DNA from: a virus
Taxonomy: Duplodnaviria > Caudoviricetes
Virus record (IMG/VR): IMGVR_UViG_3300027985_000703
Coordinates: 1-62,388 of that record
Length of the DNA stretch: 62,388 nt
Reading direction: 5' to 3' (one strand)
Within the stretch, counting starts at the first letter, position 1, and every line of letters begins with the position of its first letter. The notes beneath the pieces were generated by a model, which ran no database searches, was not told the origin of the DNA, and saw only the letters and a program-made list of their open reading frames with translations. Both the position numbers and the translations under genes were made by a program. Shown here piece by piece: positions 1-9,004 of the stretch.

Positions 1-283
1 GAATGCCGCAGCAAATGCAGTGGTGGCATCGTTCGTGGATACCGGCGCCAGCATGAGCCGTTACCGTAACGCCCAACTGGCCCAGCAGAGTGCCTACACC
101 AGGTCTGGGGCAATGACGGTCATCCGCACCGCTGTTGGGGCTTTAGTTAGGACCACGCCCACTGGCTACACCGCCATGCGCCAGTATGGCTCCATCATCG
201 TCAAAGGCGCAGCGTTGACAGACAAGCAGCGCAAAACATGCGAACGCTACTTGGCCAACAGAATAGGAGCAACCCTGCAATGA
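1..283 (+). CDS. C-terminal part of virion/tail lectin-like protein (continuation of gene starting at 61430)
   Basis: Open frame from position 2 to TGA at 281-283 with no clear start/RBS; same frame as the ORF running off the right end if the ends are joined. Confidence 0.7.
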   Translation, partial: NAAANAVVASFVDTGASMSRYRNAQLAQQSAYTRSGAMTVIRTAVGALVRTTPTGYTAMRQYGSIIVKGAALTDKQRKTCERYLANRIGATLQ

Positions 284-687
284 GTGAATGGACACACACC
301 TTAACCATCGCCTGCCCGCAGGCGCTCATGGCAGAGGCCAACCAACTGGCCTTGGCTATCGGCACCAGCCCAGACGATGTGCAGACGTTCCGCAGCGCCG
401 ACTGGACTGATGGCACCAACCTGTTCGCGGTCGCCAATACCCGGGCGGTGGACATGATCTTCGAGTACCTGGCCGGCTACTCGCAGTCCCCGGCCACGCC
501 CGATCTGCCCTATGACCACGCCATGATGCTGGCGGCCATCGACGCGCTGTCGTTCGTGACGGCGACCTACCAGGGGGACGGGACACCGGTCATCACCGGT
601 AACGACCCGACCAAGATTCGGGTAGCCGTGGACATGGAGCCGCTACAAGCCATCAGCCTGTTCGGGTTGAGCCGGCAGACAGAATAA
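280..687 (+). CDS. hypothetical protein, probably tail-associated
   Basis: ATGA overlap with upstream stop, AGGAG RBS, followed by terminator. Confidence 0.7.
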   Translation: MSEWTHTLTIACPQALMAEANQLALAIGTSPDDVQTFRSADWTDGTNLFAVANTRAVDMIFEYLAGYSQSPATPDLPYDHAMMLAAIDALSFVTATYQGDGTPVITGNDPTKIRVAVDMEPLQAISLFGLSRQTE

Positions 688-714
688 GAAAAGGCCCCGC
701 GAGGGGCCTCTTTT
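688..714. terminator. bidirectional intrinsic terminator
   Basis: AAAAGGCCCC-GCGA-GGGGCCTCTTTT between convergent genes. Confidence 0.85.
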
Positions 715-1156
715 ATGCCATGCCTACGCCGGCACGGATGAGTTCGTCACTGTACGGCTGGATGCCGTTCTCGTGGCGGATGATTGCGGCGACCAGCACC
801 GCCAGCACCTGGGGGTCGCCCAGGTAGATGGTCTCGTCGGGCGCTTTGCCGAGGGCGGCGGCCACCCGCTTGACGTAGGCCCCGGTGTCATTCTCAATGG
901 GTGGGGCCCAGCGGTGAATGACCTCCTGCACGGTGTCAATACCCGGGCCGCCAACGCCGGGGGTGCCGTCGCGCTTGGAGTAGTTGCGCAGCACCCGAGC
1001 CATGGCACGGATACCCCACTCGGGGCTGGTGAACCGGCAGAAGCGGCCATCATGCGGCTGCACTGAGTCCAGTCCCTGCCACGGGTTGCGCGGGTTGAAG
1101 TCGATGTTGCCAGGGTTGTGGTTGCGGATCCCCCGCAGGTCGAACGCGAACTTCAT
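713..1156 (-). CDS. lysozyme-like protein (RGIRNxNPGNI family), endolysin or virion muramidase
   Basis: RGIRNHNPGNI, F-x-SPEWGIRA, RWAPPIENDT, AIIRHENG motifs; GGAGG RBS before ATG 1156. Confidence 0.8.
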   Translation of the reverse strand: MKFAFDLRGIRNHNPGNIDFNPRNPWQGLDSVQPHDGRFCRFTSPEWGIRAMARVLRNYSKRDGTPGVGGPGIDTVQEVIHRWAPPIENDTGAYVKRVAAALGKAPDETIYLGDPQVLAVLVAAIIRHENGIQPYSDELIRAGVGMA

Positions 1157-1157
1157 G

Positions 1158-1421
1158 TCAGGCCCTCCACAGGCTGAAAGGGGGTTTGTTGATCTCGTCC
1201 CACTCAATCGAGTTGAAACAGTGGCCCGCGCCGAACCAGGGCATACCGTCGATCAGTAGCTCCATCACCTTGCCCCAGCGCTTGCCCTGGTAGGCGGCAT
1301 AGCCCACCTCGCCACTGATGGTGTGGTCCGGTCGCAGCCAGATCACCCCGCAGATGCCCTGGTCGATGCATAGCAGGATGATGAACAGGCGGTTAGCCAC
1401 CGCCCGCAGGAACTTCTTCAC
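1158..1421 (-). CDS. conserved small phage protein (DQ...PDxTIS...HC motif)
   Basis: GTG start with GGAGG RBS; 87 aa with hydrophobic N-terminus. Confidence 0.7.
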   Translation of the reverse strand: MKKFLRAVANRLFIILLCIDQGICGVIWLRPDHTISGEVGYAAYQGKRWGKVMELLIDGMPWFGAGHCFNSIEWDEINKPPFSLWRA

Positions 1422-1642
1422 GTCGCCTCCTGGGTGAAAAGGAAACGGAGCCGGACACAGCCGGCCTCCTGGTCGATGATCGGTTTGTAGAAGGCCCGGT
1501 CCTGGGTCAGCTCGACCTGGGGCTCGGGCCAGTGGTGGAGGTAGTTGCCGATGCCCTGGGCGGACAGCGCATCACACGCCGCCCGGACAACCGCGCCATA
1601 GTCTTGCGACTGCAGAAGGTGCCGGGCGACGGGGATCTGCAT
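1418..1642 (-). CDS. hypothetical protein (74 aa)
   Basis: TGATG/GTGA coupling with both neighbours. Confidence 0.65.
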   Translation of the reverse strand: MQIPVARHLLQSQDYGAVVRAACDALSAQGIGNYLHHWPEPQVELTQDRAFYKPIIDQEAGCVRLRFLFTQEAT

Positions 1643-2301
1643 CAGGCACCCCGACCCATTTCGCTGTCGACCACCTGCTTGAACAGATAGTCCTTGGCCT
1701 GCTGCGCTGCCGGCAGCTGCTCGAAGGGGACGATGCACGGGTGCTCTTTCTTCTCCGCACTCTTCTCCGGGCCATACACCCACCCTTCGCGCTGCTTCTG
1801 CGCCAACCAGGAACGATGCGATGCGTCCGGGCCGGCGTCAGGGTTGGCCATGTGGAACTCCACGCCCTTGATGGCGGATACACGCTGCCACTCCGGGGCG
1901 TCTTCCCACGCCAATTGAGAGAAGTCACCGAGCGCCCGGCAGTAAGTCCGGTTCATCTCGTGGCACTTCTTGGCGAGGGCCAGGACATCCACTACCGCAC
2001 CGCTCATCAACCGGTAGGCTTCCAGGGCCCACAGCTTCTTGAAGCTGTTCTCGTAGGAGATGGTGCGGCCAATTTCCTCCCGCCAGTTGGCCGGGTCGAT
2101 GCACACCGAGGGGTCGCCCAGCGCCACGAAGCCGTTGTCCATGCGGATACCGCAGAACATCATTTTCTGGCCGGCGATTTCGACGGTCTGGTAGTCAACC
2201 TGAGTGATGCGGCTTTCGATCAGCTCCTTGGATACCCGCTTGCCAGTGCAGCCGAGGTCCGCGCACATCCGTTCGATTTTGTCGTTGTGGGTGCTGGTCA
2301 T
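1642..2301 (-). CDS. N4 gp49/Sf6 gp66-family domain fused to RyR domain
   Basis: N-half: CGIRMDNGFVALG-SVCIDPANW-EIGR-LWALEAYRL; C-half: HRSWLAQKQREGWVYGPEKSAEKKEHPCIVPFEQLP. Confidence 0.8.
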   Translation of the reverse strand: MTSTHNDKIERMCADLGCTGKRVSKELIESRITQVDYQTVEIAGQKMMFCGIRMDNGFVALGDPSVCIDPANWREEIGRTISYENSFKKLWALEAYRLMSGAVVDVLALAKKCHEMNRTYCRALGDFSQLAWEDAPEWQRVSAIKGVEFHMANPDAGPDASHRSWLAQKQREGWVYGPEKSAEKKEHPCIVPFEQLPAAQQAKDYLFKQVVDSEMGRGA

Positions 2302-3356
2302 CAGAAATAGTCTCCGCGTGCTTTGGCCAGGGCTTCGGCGCTCAACTTGCCGAACTGCTCGTCGGACAGCCGGGTGATGTCGAGCTTGGTTTCCTTGTTG
2401 CGGGCCCCTTCACCCTTCAAGCGGGCAGGCGCGGCCTGAACCTTCTCGATCTGCTTGGCCACGTCCTTGGGCTTGGCCGCCGGCTTGACCGGCTTGGCAG
2501 TCTTCTCGGGCTGCTTGGCCACCGGCTTGAGGCCGTTTTCCAGGGCCACCAGGTGAGCGGCACGGCGCAGGGCGGCAGCCGGGGCCTCGCCACGGTCAAT
2601 CAGCAGGTCGCGCAGGGTCACTACTTCCTCGCTCAGGCCCAGGTCCACGCTCGCGCTGTTGGGGTCGAACATCGGGTACTCGGCAGCAACCTCGGTGGCC
2701 GCGGTGCGCAGCTGCGCCAGCTCGCGGTCATAGGACACGGTGTCCTTGGCGATGTTCTGGGTCTGCTCGGTCAGCTGGGTAGCCAGCTTGGTGCCGAAGT
2801 CCTTGAACAGGGCCTTCATCTTGGCGTGGGCACCGGCTTCATCACCCTCGAGCACGGCGCTGAACATGTCCGCAATCGCGGTGTCGTCCACGTCCAGGTC
2901 CACCGGGGCAGCAGCCGGGGCCGCCTGCTTAGGGGCAGCGCCCGGAGTGGCGGCAGCACCGGCTTCCAGTTCCTGGATGCGGGCTTCCAAGGCGCGACGC
3001 TTCTCAATTTCCTTGTTCAGGCGGGAGACAGGGACGCGCTGGTTCTGCTTCTTGGGCTTTTCTTCCGGCTTGGTTTCCTCGCCATCAGCTTCTTCCTCGC
3101 CCTCGGCTTCTTCCTCGCCCTCGGCTTCTTCTTCTTCGGCCCCGGCTTCTTCCTCGCCTTCGGCTTCTTCTTCGGCCCCGGCTTCTTCCTCGCCTTCGGC
3201 TTCTTCGGCCTCGGCTTCTTCGGCCTGGGCTTCTTCTTCTTCGGCTTCCTCGGCTACGAAATCGTCACCGCGATCAGCGTCGCCGGCGGGGACGGCATCG
3301 TCCCAGCTGGTATCGCCACCGAATTCATTGAGACCACCACGGCTGGTATCGGACAT
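2301..3356 (-). CDS. capsid scaffolding protein
   Basis: Directly after portal; very acidic N-terminus, VPxSRLNKEIEKRR coiled coil, basic C-terminal helix. Confidence 0.75.
   Translation of the reverse strand: MSDTSRGGLNEFGGDTSWDDAVPAGDADRGDDFVAEEAEEEEAQAEEAEAEEAEGEEEAGAEEEAEGEEEAGAEEEEAEGEEEAEGEEEADGEETKPEEKPKKQNQRVPVSRLNKEIEKRRALEARIQELEAGAAATPGAAPKQAAPAAAPVDLDVDDTAIADMFSAVLEGDEAGAHAKMKALFKDFGTKLATQLTEQTQNIAKDTVSYDRELAQLRTAATEVAAEYPMFDPNSASVDLGLSEEVVTLRDLLIDRGEAPAAALRRAAHLVALENGLKPVAKQPEKTAKPVKPAAKPKDVAKQIEKVQAAPARLKGEGARNKETKLDITRLSDEQFGKLSAEALAKARGDYF
3088..3253. repeat. degenerate tandem repeat encoding (EEEAEG/EEEAGA)n in scaffold
   Basis: Repeated ttcttcctcgcc(c/t)tcggc units. Confidence 0.8.
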
Positions 3357-5482
3357 TACTTTTTCTCCTTGGACACGGATTTAGGGTCGGGCTTGGGGTT
3401 GAGCTGAGCGCGTAGGGTCTCCAGCGCGAAACTGGAGCCACTACGCAGCTTGTTGAGGTAGCGTTGGTTCTGGTGCGACTGGGCGGCCAGGGTGATGCGC
3501 AGGCTGATGTCGCGCAGCCGCAGCTCCTTCTCCTGCTCCAGTTTTTCCAGTTCCATCGCCGCTTGGTTGTAGCCTTCCAGGGACGCGGCCTTGGCGGCAT
3601 CCAGCATGGCCTTGGCCTTCTTGCCGTCGATCTCGGCTTCGATGTCCTGCACTTCGGCCTGCATCTTGGCCATGGCAGTTTGGAACTCCATCTGCGACAG
3701 CTGCTGCTGTTCCGGGGTCGGTTCGGCAAAGCCCTGCTGGCTCTTGAGCAGTTCGGACAGCTCCTGGCGCTTGCGCAGCTGGCTGTACTGGACCATGACG
3801 AAATCGGGCACGGCCACACCCACTTCCCGCAGGCGCAGTGCCTCGTTGAACTGGGCCTCGGCCGCGGAACCGGTGGCCGGGGCGAAAGCAATGTCCACGT
3901 CATAGTGGCCGGTGGTCACGTCGTTGATGATGTTGCCGTCTTCATCCACGCCGTTGATGAAGCGTTCTTCCTCGACCTCGCCCAGAAGCTCGTCGTCCTT
4001 GGTGACGTTGTAGAACCGGGTGTCGGTGTAGAAGTCCTGCACCAGTTCCAGGATCTTCTCCGCCACCATGCGCCGGCAGCGTTTGAGGTTCTTGAGCACC
4101 ACGGAAATCTGCACCTGGCCCCGGGCCGTCTGCGACTCCAGGGCACGGCCGGAGGCGTCCGGGCGGGACAGGCCGAGCATGGCGGTGGACACGGCGGACA
4201 CATCACGGATGGTCTGCGCCGCCTTCTGGCTGATGCGGTCGATGCCGGAGGGGATCTGGTTCGGCTGGATTTTCTCCGGGGCCTCGGAAGTCTTGCGCTT
4301 GACGATGACCAGGCCTGTCTCGGCACCGCGTTGCTGCAGTTCTTCCTCATCCATGTTCGCCAGGGAGCCTTCCTCAACAATCCAGCCGCTGTTGGCGGTG
4401 GTGTTGACGATGTGCAGCTCCTGGGAACTGGTCTTGTTCAGCAGCTCCTGGGGCGAGGTCAGGTTCGACACGACGCCGAACGGCTTGCCCCGGCGGAAGT
4501 ACGGGAAGAAGGGGACGATGGTAAAGGTGCGGTAGGGCGACCAGTCATCGTGCAGCAACACCTGGTCGGCGCTGACGGTCATCCGCACACGGCGGACGGT
4601 CTTCTCGATCAGGTGCAGCCCGTTCTGCTGGGCGAACGCCTGGGCTTCCTCGGCCTTGACGTGGTGCGGGACCATGCGGAAGTCACCGGTCTCGGGGTCA
4701 ACCCAGTGCATGGCCTTGGTCAGCTTGTAGTGCTGGCACTCGATAACCCGCACGCGCTGGATTTCCCGCTCGGCCTGGTCAATGTGCTGGTCGCCGCCGA
4801 AGGTCGCCGGGTAGAAGTCGATGTCCTTGTCATCCCCGACGTAGCCGTTCCCTACCAGGGTGCGCAGCAGCTCGGCCTTCTTCTCGTCGTACTCGACCTC
4901 CACCTCGTCCGGGGTCATCCAGCGGGAGATAAAGACGCGGTTCCAGGTCTTCGGGTCCATCTCCTTGGCTTCGGGGTCCAGCACCACGTCCACCGGGTCT
5001 TCGCCGGTGATCACCACGTCGCCAAACAAGTTGGTCTCGTACCCGATACGCAGGTCGTAGAAGCCGCGGTCGCCAATGATGCCGTCCGCGAACACGGTAT
5101 CCTCGGTGTCGTCGAACTTGTTCTGTTGCAGGATGTGGCGGGTGAGCTGGTTCAGCTCAAAGGCAGTGTCGCCGCTGCCATTGCGGCGCGGGTTGTACCG
5201 GACCTCGATCCGGCGGTCCATTTGCTCGCCCAGGATGGCGTTCACGGTGGACAGCACCATGTTCAAGGTCAACGCAGGGCGGCCGGCGGCATCCAGACGC
5301 TGCCGGTCGGCCGGATCCCACTGCTCGCCGCAGTAAAAGTTGTCGTTCTTGCGGCTCCGGGCAACAAAGTCTTCGTGGCCGGCGTCGTAGGCGCGTCGGA
5401 ACGCCTCCTGGTTGCGCCGGGCCTTGGTCATATCGTCCCGGTTGATCTCCCCCAGGACATCTTCCTCACGCTCGCGTGCCAT
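3356..5482 (-). CDS. portal protein (P22-like)
   Basis: ~708 aa after terL; FYCGEQW, RPALTLN, FTIVPFFPY, GVVSNLxSPQELLNK motifs. Confidence 0.9.
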   Translation of the reverse strand: MAREREEDVLGEINRDDMTKARRNQEAFRRAYDAGHEDFVARSRKNDNFYCGEQWDPADRQRLDAAGRPALTLNMVLSTVNAILGEQMDRRIEVRYNPRRNGSGDTAFELNQLTRHILQQNKFDDTEDTVFADGIIGDRGFYDLRIGYETNLFGDVVITGEDPVDVVLDPEAKEMDPKTWNRVFISRWMTPDEVEVEYDEKKAELLRTLVGNGYVGDDKDIDFYPATFGGDQHIDQAEREIQRVRVIECQHYKLTKAMHWVDPETGDFRMVPHHVKAEEAQAFAQQNGLHLIEKTVRRVRMTVSADQVLLHDDWSPYRTFTIVPFFPYFRRGKPFGVVSNLTSPQELLNKTSSQELHIVNTTANSGWIVEEGSLANMDEEELQQRGAETGLVIVKRKTSEAPEKIQPNQIPSGIDRISQKAAQTIRDVSAVSTAMLGLSRPDASGRALESQTARGQVQISVVLKNLKRCRRMVAEKILELVQDFYTDTRFYNVTKDDELLGEVEEERFINGVDEDGNIINDVTTGHYDVDIAFAPATGSAAEAQFNEALRLREVGVAVPDFVMVQYSQLRKRQELSELLKSQQGFAEPTPEQQQLSQMEFQTAMAKMQAEVQDIEAEIDGKKAKAMLDAAKAASLEGYNQAAMELEKLEQEKELRLRDISLRITLAAQSHQNQRYLNKLRSGSSFALETLRAQLNPKPDPKSVSKEKK

Positions 5483-5522
5483 TCTCAACCCGATATAGAG
5501 TAAAACTGCAAGCAGTATATAA

Positions 5523-5533
5523 CAGTAACACTG
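5523..5533. promoter_or_regulatory. palindromic operator-like site CAGT-N3-ACTG upstream of portal (variant at 5498-5508)
   Basis: CAGTAACACTG in terL-portal gap next to a minus-strand -10-like element. Confidence 0.75.
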
Positions 5534-5545
5534 GATAAAACAGCG

Positions 5546-7255
5546 TCACGCGGACATAGCCGAGCGTTTCTTGGACCCGGCCTTGACGAAGCGGTCCAGC
5601 TTGTCCATGAAGGACTTTTTGACCACCTGCTTCTGGTTCACGATGCCAAACTGCATCAGCATCTGGCCGATCCACGCCAGCGCGTCCACCTGGTCGTCGT
5701 GTTTGCCCATGGGGAACGTCAGCAGTTCTGCGATCAACGCCTCGACCCACAACGCGCCACGGGGGAAGAACACCTTGCCCTGCTCCATACGACCCTGGAT
5801 GGGTCGGGCGCGGGTCTGTTTGTCCTTGCCCCGGGTGCGCAGCTTCTCGTAGGGGAGGTGCAGCTTGGTTTCCTCGATCCGTTTCAGCAGGAACGGCTCC
5901 AGGGTCATGTCGATGTGGCCGGTTTCGACGCCGAATATCTCCGGGTTCCACCGCTTCTGCAGCTCGAACATTTTGTCGATGATGCCCATGGAGTTCCAGC
6001 GCCCACGGTGCAGGTCCAGCAGGTAGATATTCTGCTGCCGGTCCACGCCCACGACCAGGAACACTGAAAAGTCGTTCGCCTCCGACTGGCCGATGGCCAA
6101 GTCCGCCGCCGCGTAGACCCGCATCTCGCCCAGGGGCGGGGTGGTGTCGTAGTAGCGGATCATGTTCTTGGTGAAGTAGTCACCGTCCTGGGACACCGGG
6201 TTCTGCTGGTACAGCGCCTCCCAGTCTCGCGGCAGCATGGTCCGTTTGATACGGTTCAGCGCCGGCAACGGGTACCGGGCGGTGTGCAGCGCCTCGCCCT
6301 GCTTCCGGTATTCCTCGTCATGCACGGCGATGGCCGGGTAGCGGACCACTTCCCAGCGGTCGGCGTCCTCGGGCCACACGCCGGAGTCGGCCATCTCCCG
6401 TTCGGCCTCTTTCATGACCTCGAGCAGCCAGCCGGACAGGTCGTCCTCATGCCAACGGGTCTGGATGACGAGCACACCGCCGCCGGGTGCCAGTCGGGTG
6501 TAGAAGGTGGACGAGTACCAGTCCTTCACCTTCTGCCGGGTGGTCTCCGACTCGGCTTCCTCGCGGTCTTTTACCGGGTCGTCGATGATGCCGAGGTGCG
6601 CGCCCCGGCCGGTGATCGGGCCCTGCACACCGGCAGCCGTAAAACCGCCGCCTTCGGTGGTCAACCACTTCTCAACCGCCTTCGACTGCTTCGAGAGCCG
6701 GGTTTTGAACACCGTCTGGTACTTTTCCAGCTCCATCATGTCCCGAACCTTGCGCGAGAAGTCCTCGGCCAGGCCGCCGGAGTAGGAACAGGCGATGACT
6801 TCGTGCTTCGGGTTGCGCCCCAAGTACCATCCGGGGAAGGTTTTGGAGCCGATTTCCGATTTCCCGTGCCGCGGGGGCATGAAAATCATCAGTCGGGGCG
6901 ATTCCTTGCGCTCGATGGCCTCGGCAAACCGTTCCAGGCGGGCGCAAATGTCCGCATGCACCCAACCAGGGTCATAGTCGGGGTTCATGCGCTTGATGAA
7001 CGGCAGCAACCGGCGACGTGCCAGTACCCGCTCGGCCAATTCCTGCTTGATGGACGCCTGCAGGTCGAACGCCGTCTGTTCTTCCTGGACGATGCGCTCT
7101 TTCTCCGCCGCGATATTTACCTGGTCGACCGGCAGCGCGTCCTGGTACACCGCCACGCCTTGCTGGATGGCGCATTTCGAGCACAAACCCTCGCTGTAGT
7201 AGAGGCGGGCAGGGTGGGTGCGGCCACAGGACTCGCAAAAGAAGGTCTCACTCAC
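5546..7255 (-). CDS. terL: terminase large subunit
   Basis: Walker A MPPRHGKS, ITGRGAHLGIIDDP Walker B, QTRWHEDDL, C-terminal HDDQVDA nuclease motif; GTG start 7255 with GGAGG. Confidence 0.95.
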   Translation of the reverse strand: MSETFFCESCGRTHPARLYYSEGLCSKCAIQQGVAVYQDALPVDQVNIAAEKERIVQEEQTAFDLQASIKQELAERVLARRRLLPFIKRMNPDYDPGWVHADICARLERFAEAIERKESPRLMIFMPPRHGKSEIGSKTFPGWYLGRNPKHEVIACSYSGGLAEDFSRKVRDMMELEKYQTVFKTRLSKQSKAVEKWLTTEGGGFTAAGVQGPITGRGAHLGIIDDPVKDREEAESETTRQKVKDWYSSTFYTRLAPGGGVLVIQTRWHEDDLSGWLLEVMKEAEREMADSGVWPEDADRWEVVRYPAIAVHDEEYRKQGEALHTARYPLPALNRIKRTMLPRDWEALYQQNPVSQDGDYFTKNMIRYYDTTPPLGEMRVYAAADLAIGQSEANDFSVFLVVGVDRQQNIYLLDLHRGRWNSMGIIDKMFELQKRWNPEIFGVETGHIDMTLEPFLLKRIEETKLHLPYEKLRTRGKDKQTRARPIQGRMEQGKVFFPRGALWVEALIAELLTFPMGKHDDQVDALAWIGQMLMQFGIVNQKQVVKKSFMDKLDRFVKAGSKKRSAMSA

Positions 7256-7748
7256 CCGGAACCTCCACATACTCGCTCGGGGCGAGGGATATGGTCTGCC
7301 CGGTCATGCGCAACAGGTCTTCGTCGCTCATCCCCTCCAGCTGGCCGCGGCTGGTGACCTGGACCTCCACCTTCTCGGGGCTGGCGAGGCCGTGCAGCTT
7401 GACCAGCGAGTCCACCGCTTTGATTTCCTCGGTGGCCGTGGCGGCTTTGGCGTGCGCCTCCAGGTACAGCACCGTCGCGTCGTTGCGGGTGAACTCGATG
7501 GCGCCGGCGGCGATGGCTGTCTGGCGTGACATCTCCCGGAAGTAGGCCAGGGCGTCCTGGACCTCGGGCATTCGGGACAGGTCCACCACTGCCCGCTGGG
7601 GGGTGCTGTACCCGGCAGCCCGGGCGGCGGCCAGGGGGTTGAGCCCACGGGTCCGGTTCAGGACGTAGGCTTCTTCTTGCGAGGTGAGGCGACGGATGCC
7701 CAGCCCCGCATAGTGGGCCTTCATCACGTCCGGGGTGAGATCATCCAT
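7248..7748 (-). CDS. terS: terminase small subunit
   Basis: Upstream of terL; LTSQEEAYV...AAARAAGYS HTH signature. Confidence 0.85.
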   Translation of the reverse strand: MDDLTPDVMKAHYAGLGIRRLTSQEEAYVLNRTRGLNPLAAARAAGYSTPQRAVVDLSRMPEVQDALAYFREMSRQTAIAAGAIEFTRNDATVLYLEAHAKAATATEEIKAVDSLVKLHGLASPEKVEVQVTSRGQLEGMSDEDLLRMTGQTISLAPSEYVEVPGE

Positions 7749-7760
7749 AGGCGTCGTATC

Positions 7761-7771
7761 CAGTAGCACTG
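7761..7771. promoter_or_regulatory. operator-like palindrome upstream of terS
   Basis: CAGTAGCACTG, overlapping a CTGTATC/GATACAG inverted repeat. Confidence 0.7.
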
Positions 7772-8073
7772 TATCTGACAGGATACAGGACGGCTACAAG
7801 TCGAGCAATGAATGGCGTGGGAAAAGGGACTGGGGCAAAATTTGAAAAATTTTTTACAGGGCACTCGCTTTCAAAGGGGGGTGCCCTGTTGCTTTTGTTC
7901 AGGGATAGGGGTCAAACGATACCGTTGAGGGATAGGGGATACTTGTTGGGGGTCGAGGGCTGGTATATGGGTGTCGCCTGTGGAGGGCGCGCCCGGTTGC
8001 TTTCGAGTTTGGTTTCGGCTCCCCAACTCTCGAGCGTTGAACCTACTTAGGAGTCCCATTAAGGAGTAACACC

Positions 8074-8460
8074 ATGGAAGTCATCGACTACATCGCCAAC
8101 CTGACCTGGACGCTGGCCGTACTGCTGGCAGTAGCAGCCACCATCACCCTGCCTGCATTCATTGCAGCATGGGTAGCCCATGCCGTAGCACCGTGGGTGC
8201 AGCGCACACTGCGCACGCTGCGTCGTGCCCAGCGCCAACGCCGGCATGAACGCCTGATGGCGCAGTTCCAAGAGCGAGAGGCATACCTGCATCAGCGCAT
8301 AGCCGCGCTGCGCCTGGAGGGGCAGTTGCTGCGCGTGGAGATTGAGCACCAGCAACGTGTGCGCCAATGGTTCGAGCCTGTGGACATCACATTCAAGGGC
8401 GAGAACACCCAACCGTCACTGGCAGCCATGCCCGTGGCCGACGACAAAATCGACGTGTAA
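8074..8460 (+). CDS. hypothetical membrane-anchored coiled-coil protein (first early gene)
   Basis: TAAGGAG RBS; N-terminal hydrophobic helix followed by Arg-rich coil. Confidence 0.8.
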   Translation: MEVIDYIANLTWTLAVLLAVAATITLPAFIAAWVAHAVAPWVQRTLRTLRRAQRQRRHERLMAQFQEREAYLHQRIAALRLEGQLLRVEIEHQQRVRQWFEPVDITFKGENTQPSLAAMPVADDKIDV

Positions 8461-8471
8461 GGAGTAACACC

Positions 8472-8666
8472 ATGCGTTTAATCATCAAGCTAAGCGTCGT
8501 AACAGTGTGCGGTGGCTTCACCATGCACACCAACAAGGAGCTGTTAGTAGATGCGTCCGTGGTCACCACCTACAAGAGTGGTGACATGAAGATAGGGCGC
8601 GGCAAGGGGGCCATGACCTACATGGCCAAGGAAATAGTCCAAGTGATCCACGTAGATAAGGAGTAG
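8472..8666 (+). CDS. hypothetical protein (64 aa)
   Basis: TAAGGAGTAACACCATG start context. Confidence 0.75.
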   Translation: MRLIIKLSVVTVCGGFTMHTNKELLVDASVVTTYKSGDMKIGRGKGAMTYMAKEIVQVIHVDKE

Positions 8667-8670
8667 CAAC

Positions 8671-8940
8671 ATGAGCAATCGCGAACTGGCCCAGTTAGTG
8701 GCCTCCACCAACACATTCAAGGACGAGCTGGAGAGCCAGCAGTTCGTCGCCCTCGGCACTGTGGGGGAGTGGGAGCCACTGGTATCAGGTGTAGAGGACC
8801 TGTTAGAGCAGCAGGAGTTCGACACCGAGGAAGATTTGGACTACTGGCACGAGCTGGCCGAGGTCATGGCCAACGCCGAGTCAGTAGAGGAAGAAGCCGA
8901 AGACGACAGCGACGACCTTGCTGCCATCTTCGGCCTGTAA
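8671..8940 (+). CDS. highly acidic small protein, possible DNA mimic
   Basis: TAAGGAG RBS; 26 D/E versus 2 K/R in 89 aa. Confidence 0.8.
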   Translation: MSNRELAQLVASTNTFKDELESQQFVALGTVGEWEPLVSGVEDLLEQQEFDTEEDLDYWHELAEVMANAESVEEEAEDDSDDLAAIFGL

Positions 8941-9004
8941 CACAAGTCGCTTCACCAATCGGGGGTGGGCCAACACCCCCACATCGAACACTAGGAGAAA
9001 CACC

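Noticed and set aside
3464-5503. Long antisense ORFs (679 aa here; also 21752-23596, 46251-48326, 50053-51588, 40376-41746, 54482-55669)
   Set aside because: Mirror frames of strongly codon-biased GC-rich genes; no RBS or motifs
5523-5533. Palindrome as a LexA (SOS) box
   Set aside because: The gammaproteobacterial LexA box is CTGT-N8-ACAG; this motif has different half-sites and spacing
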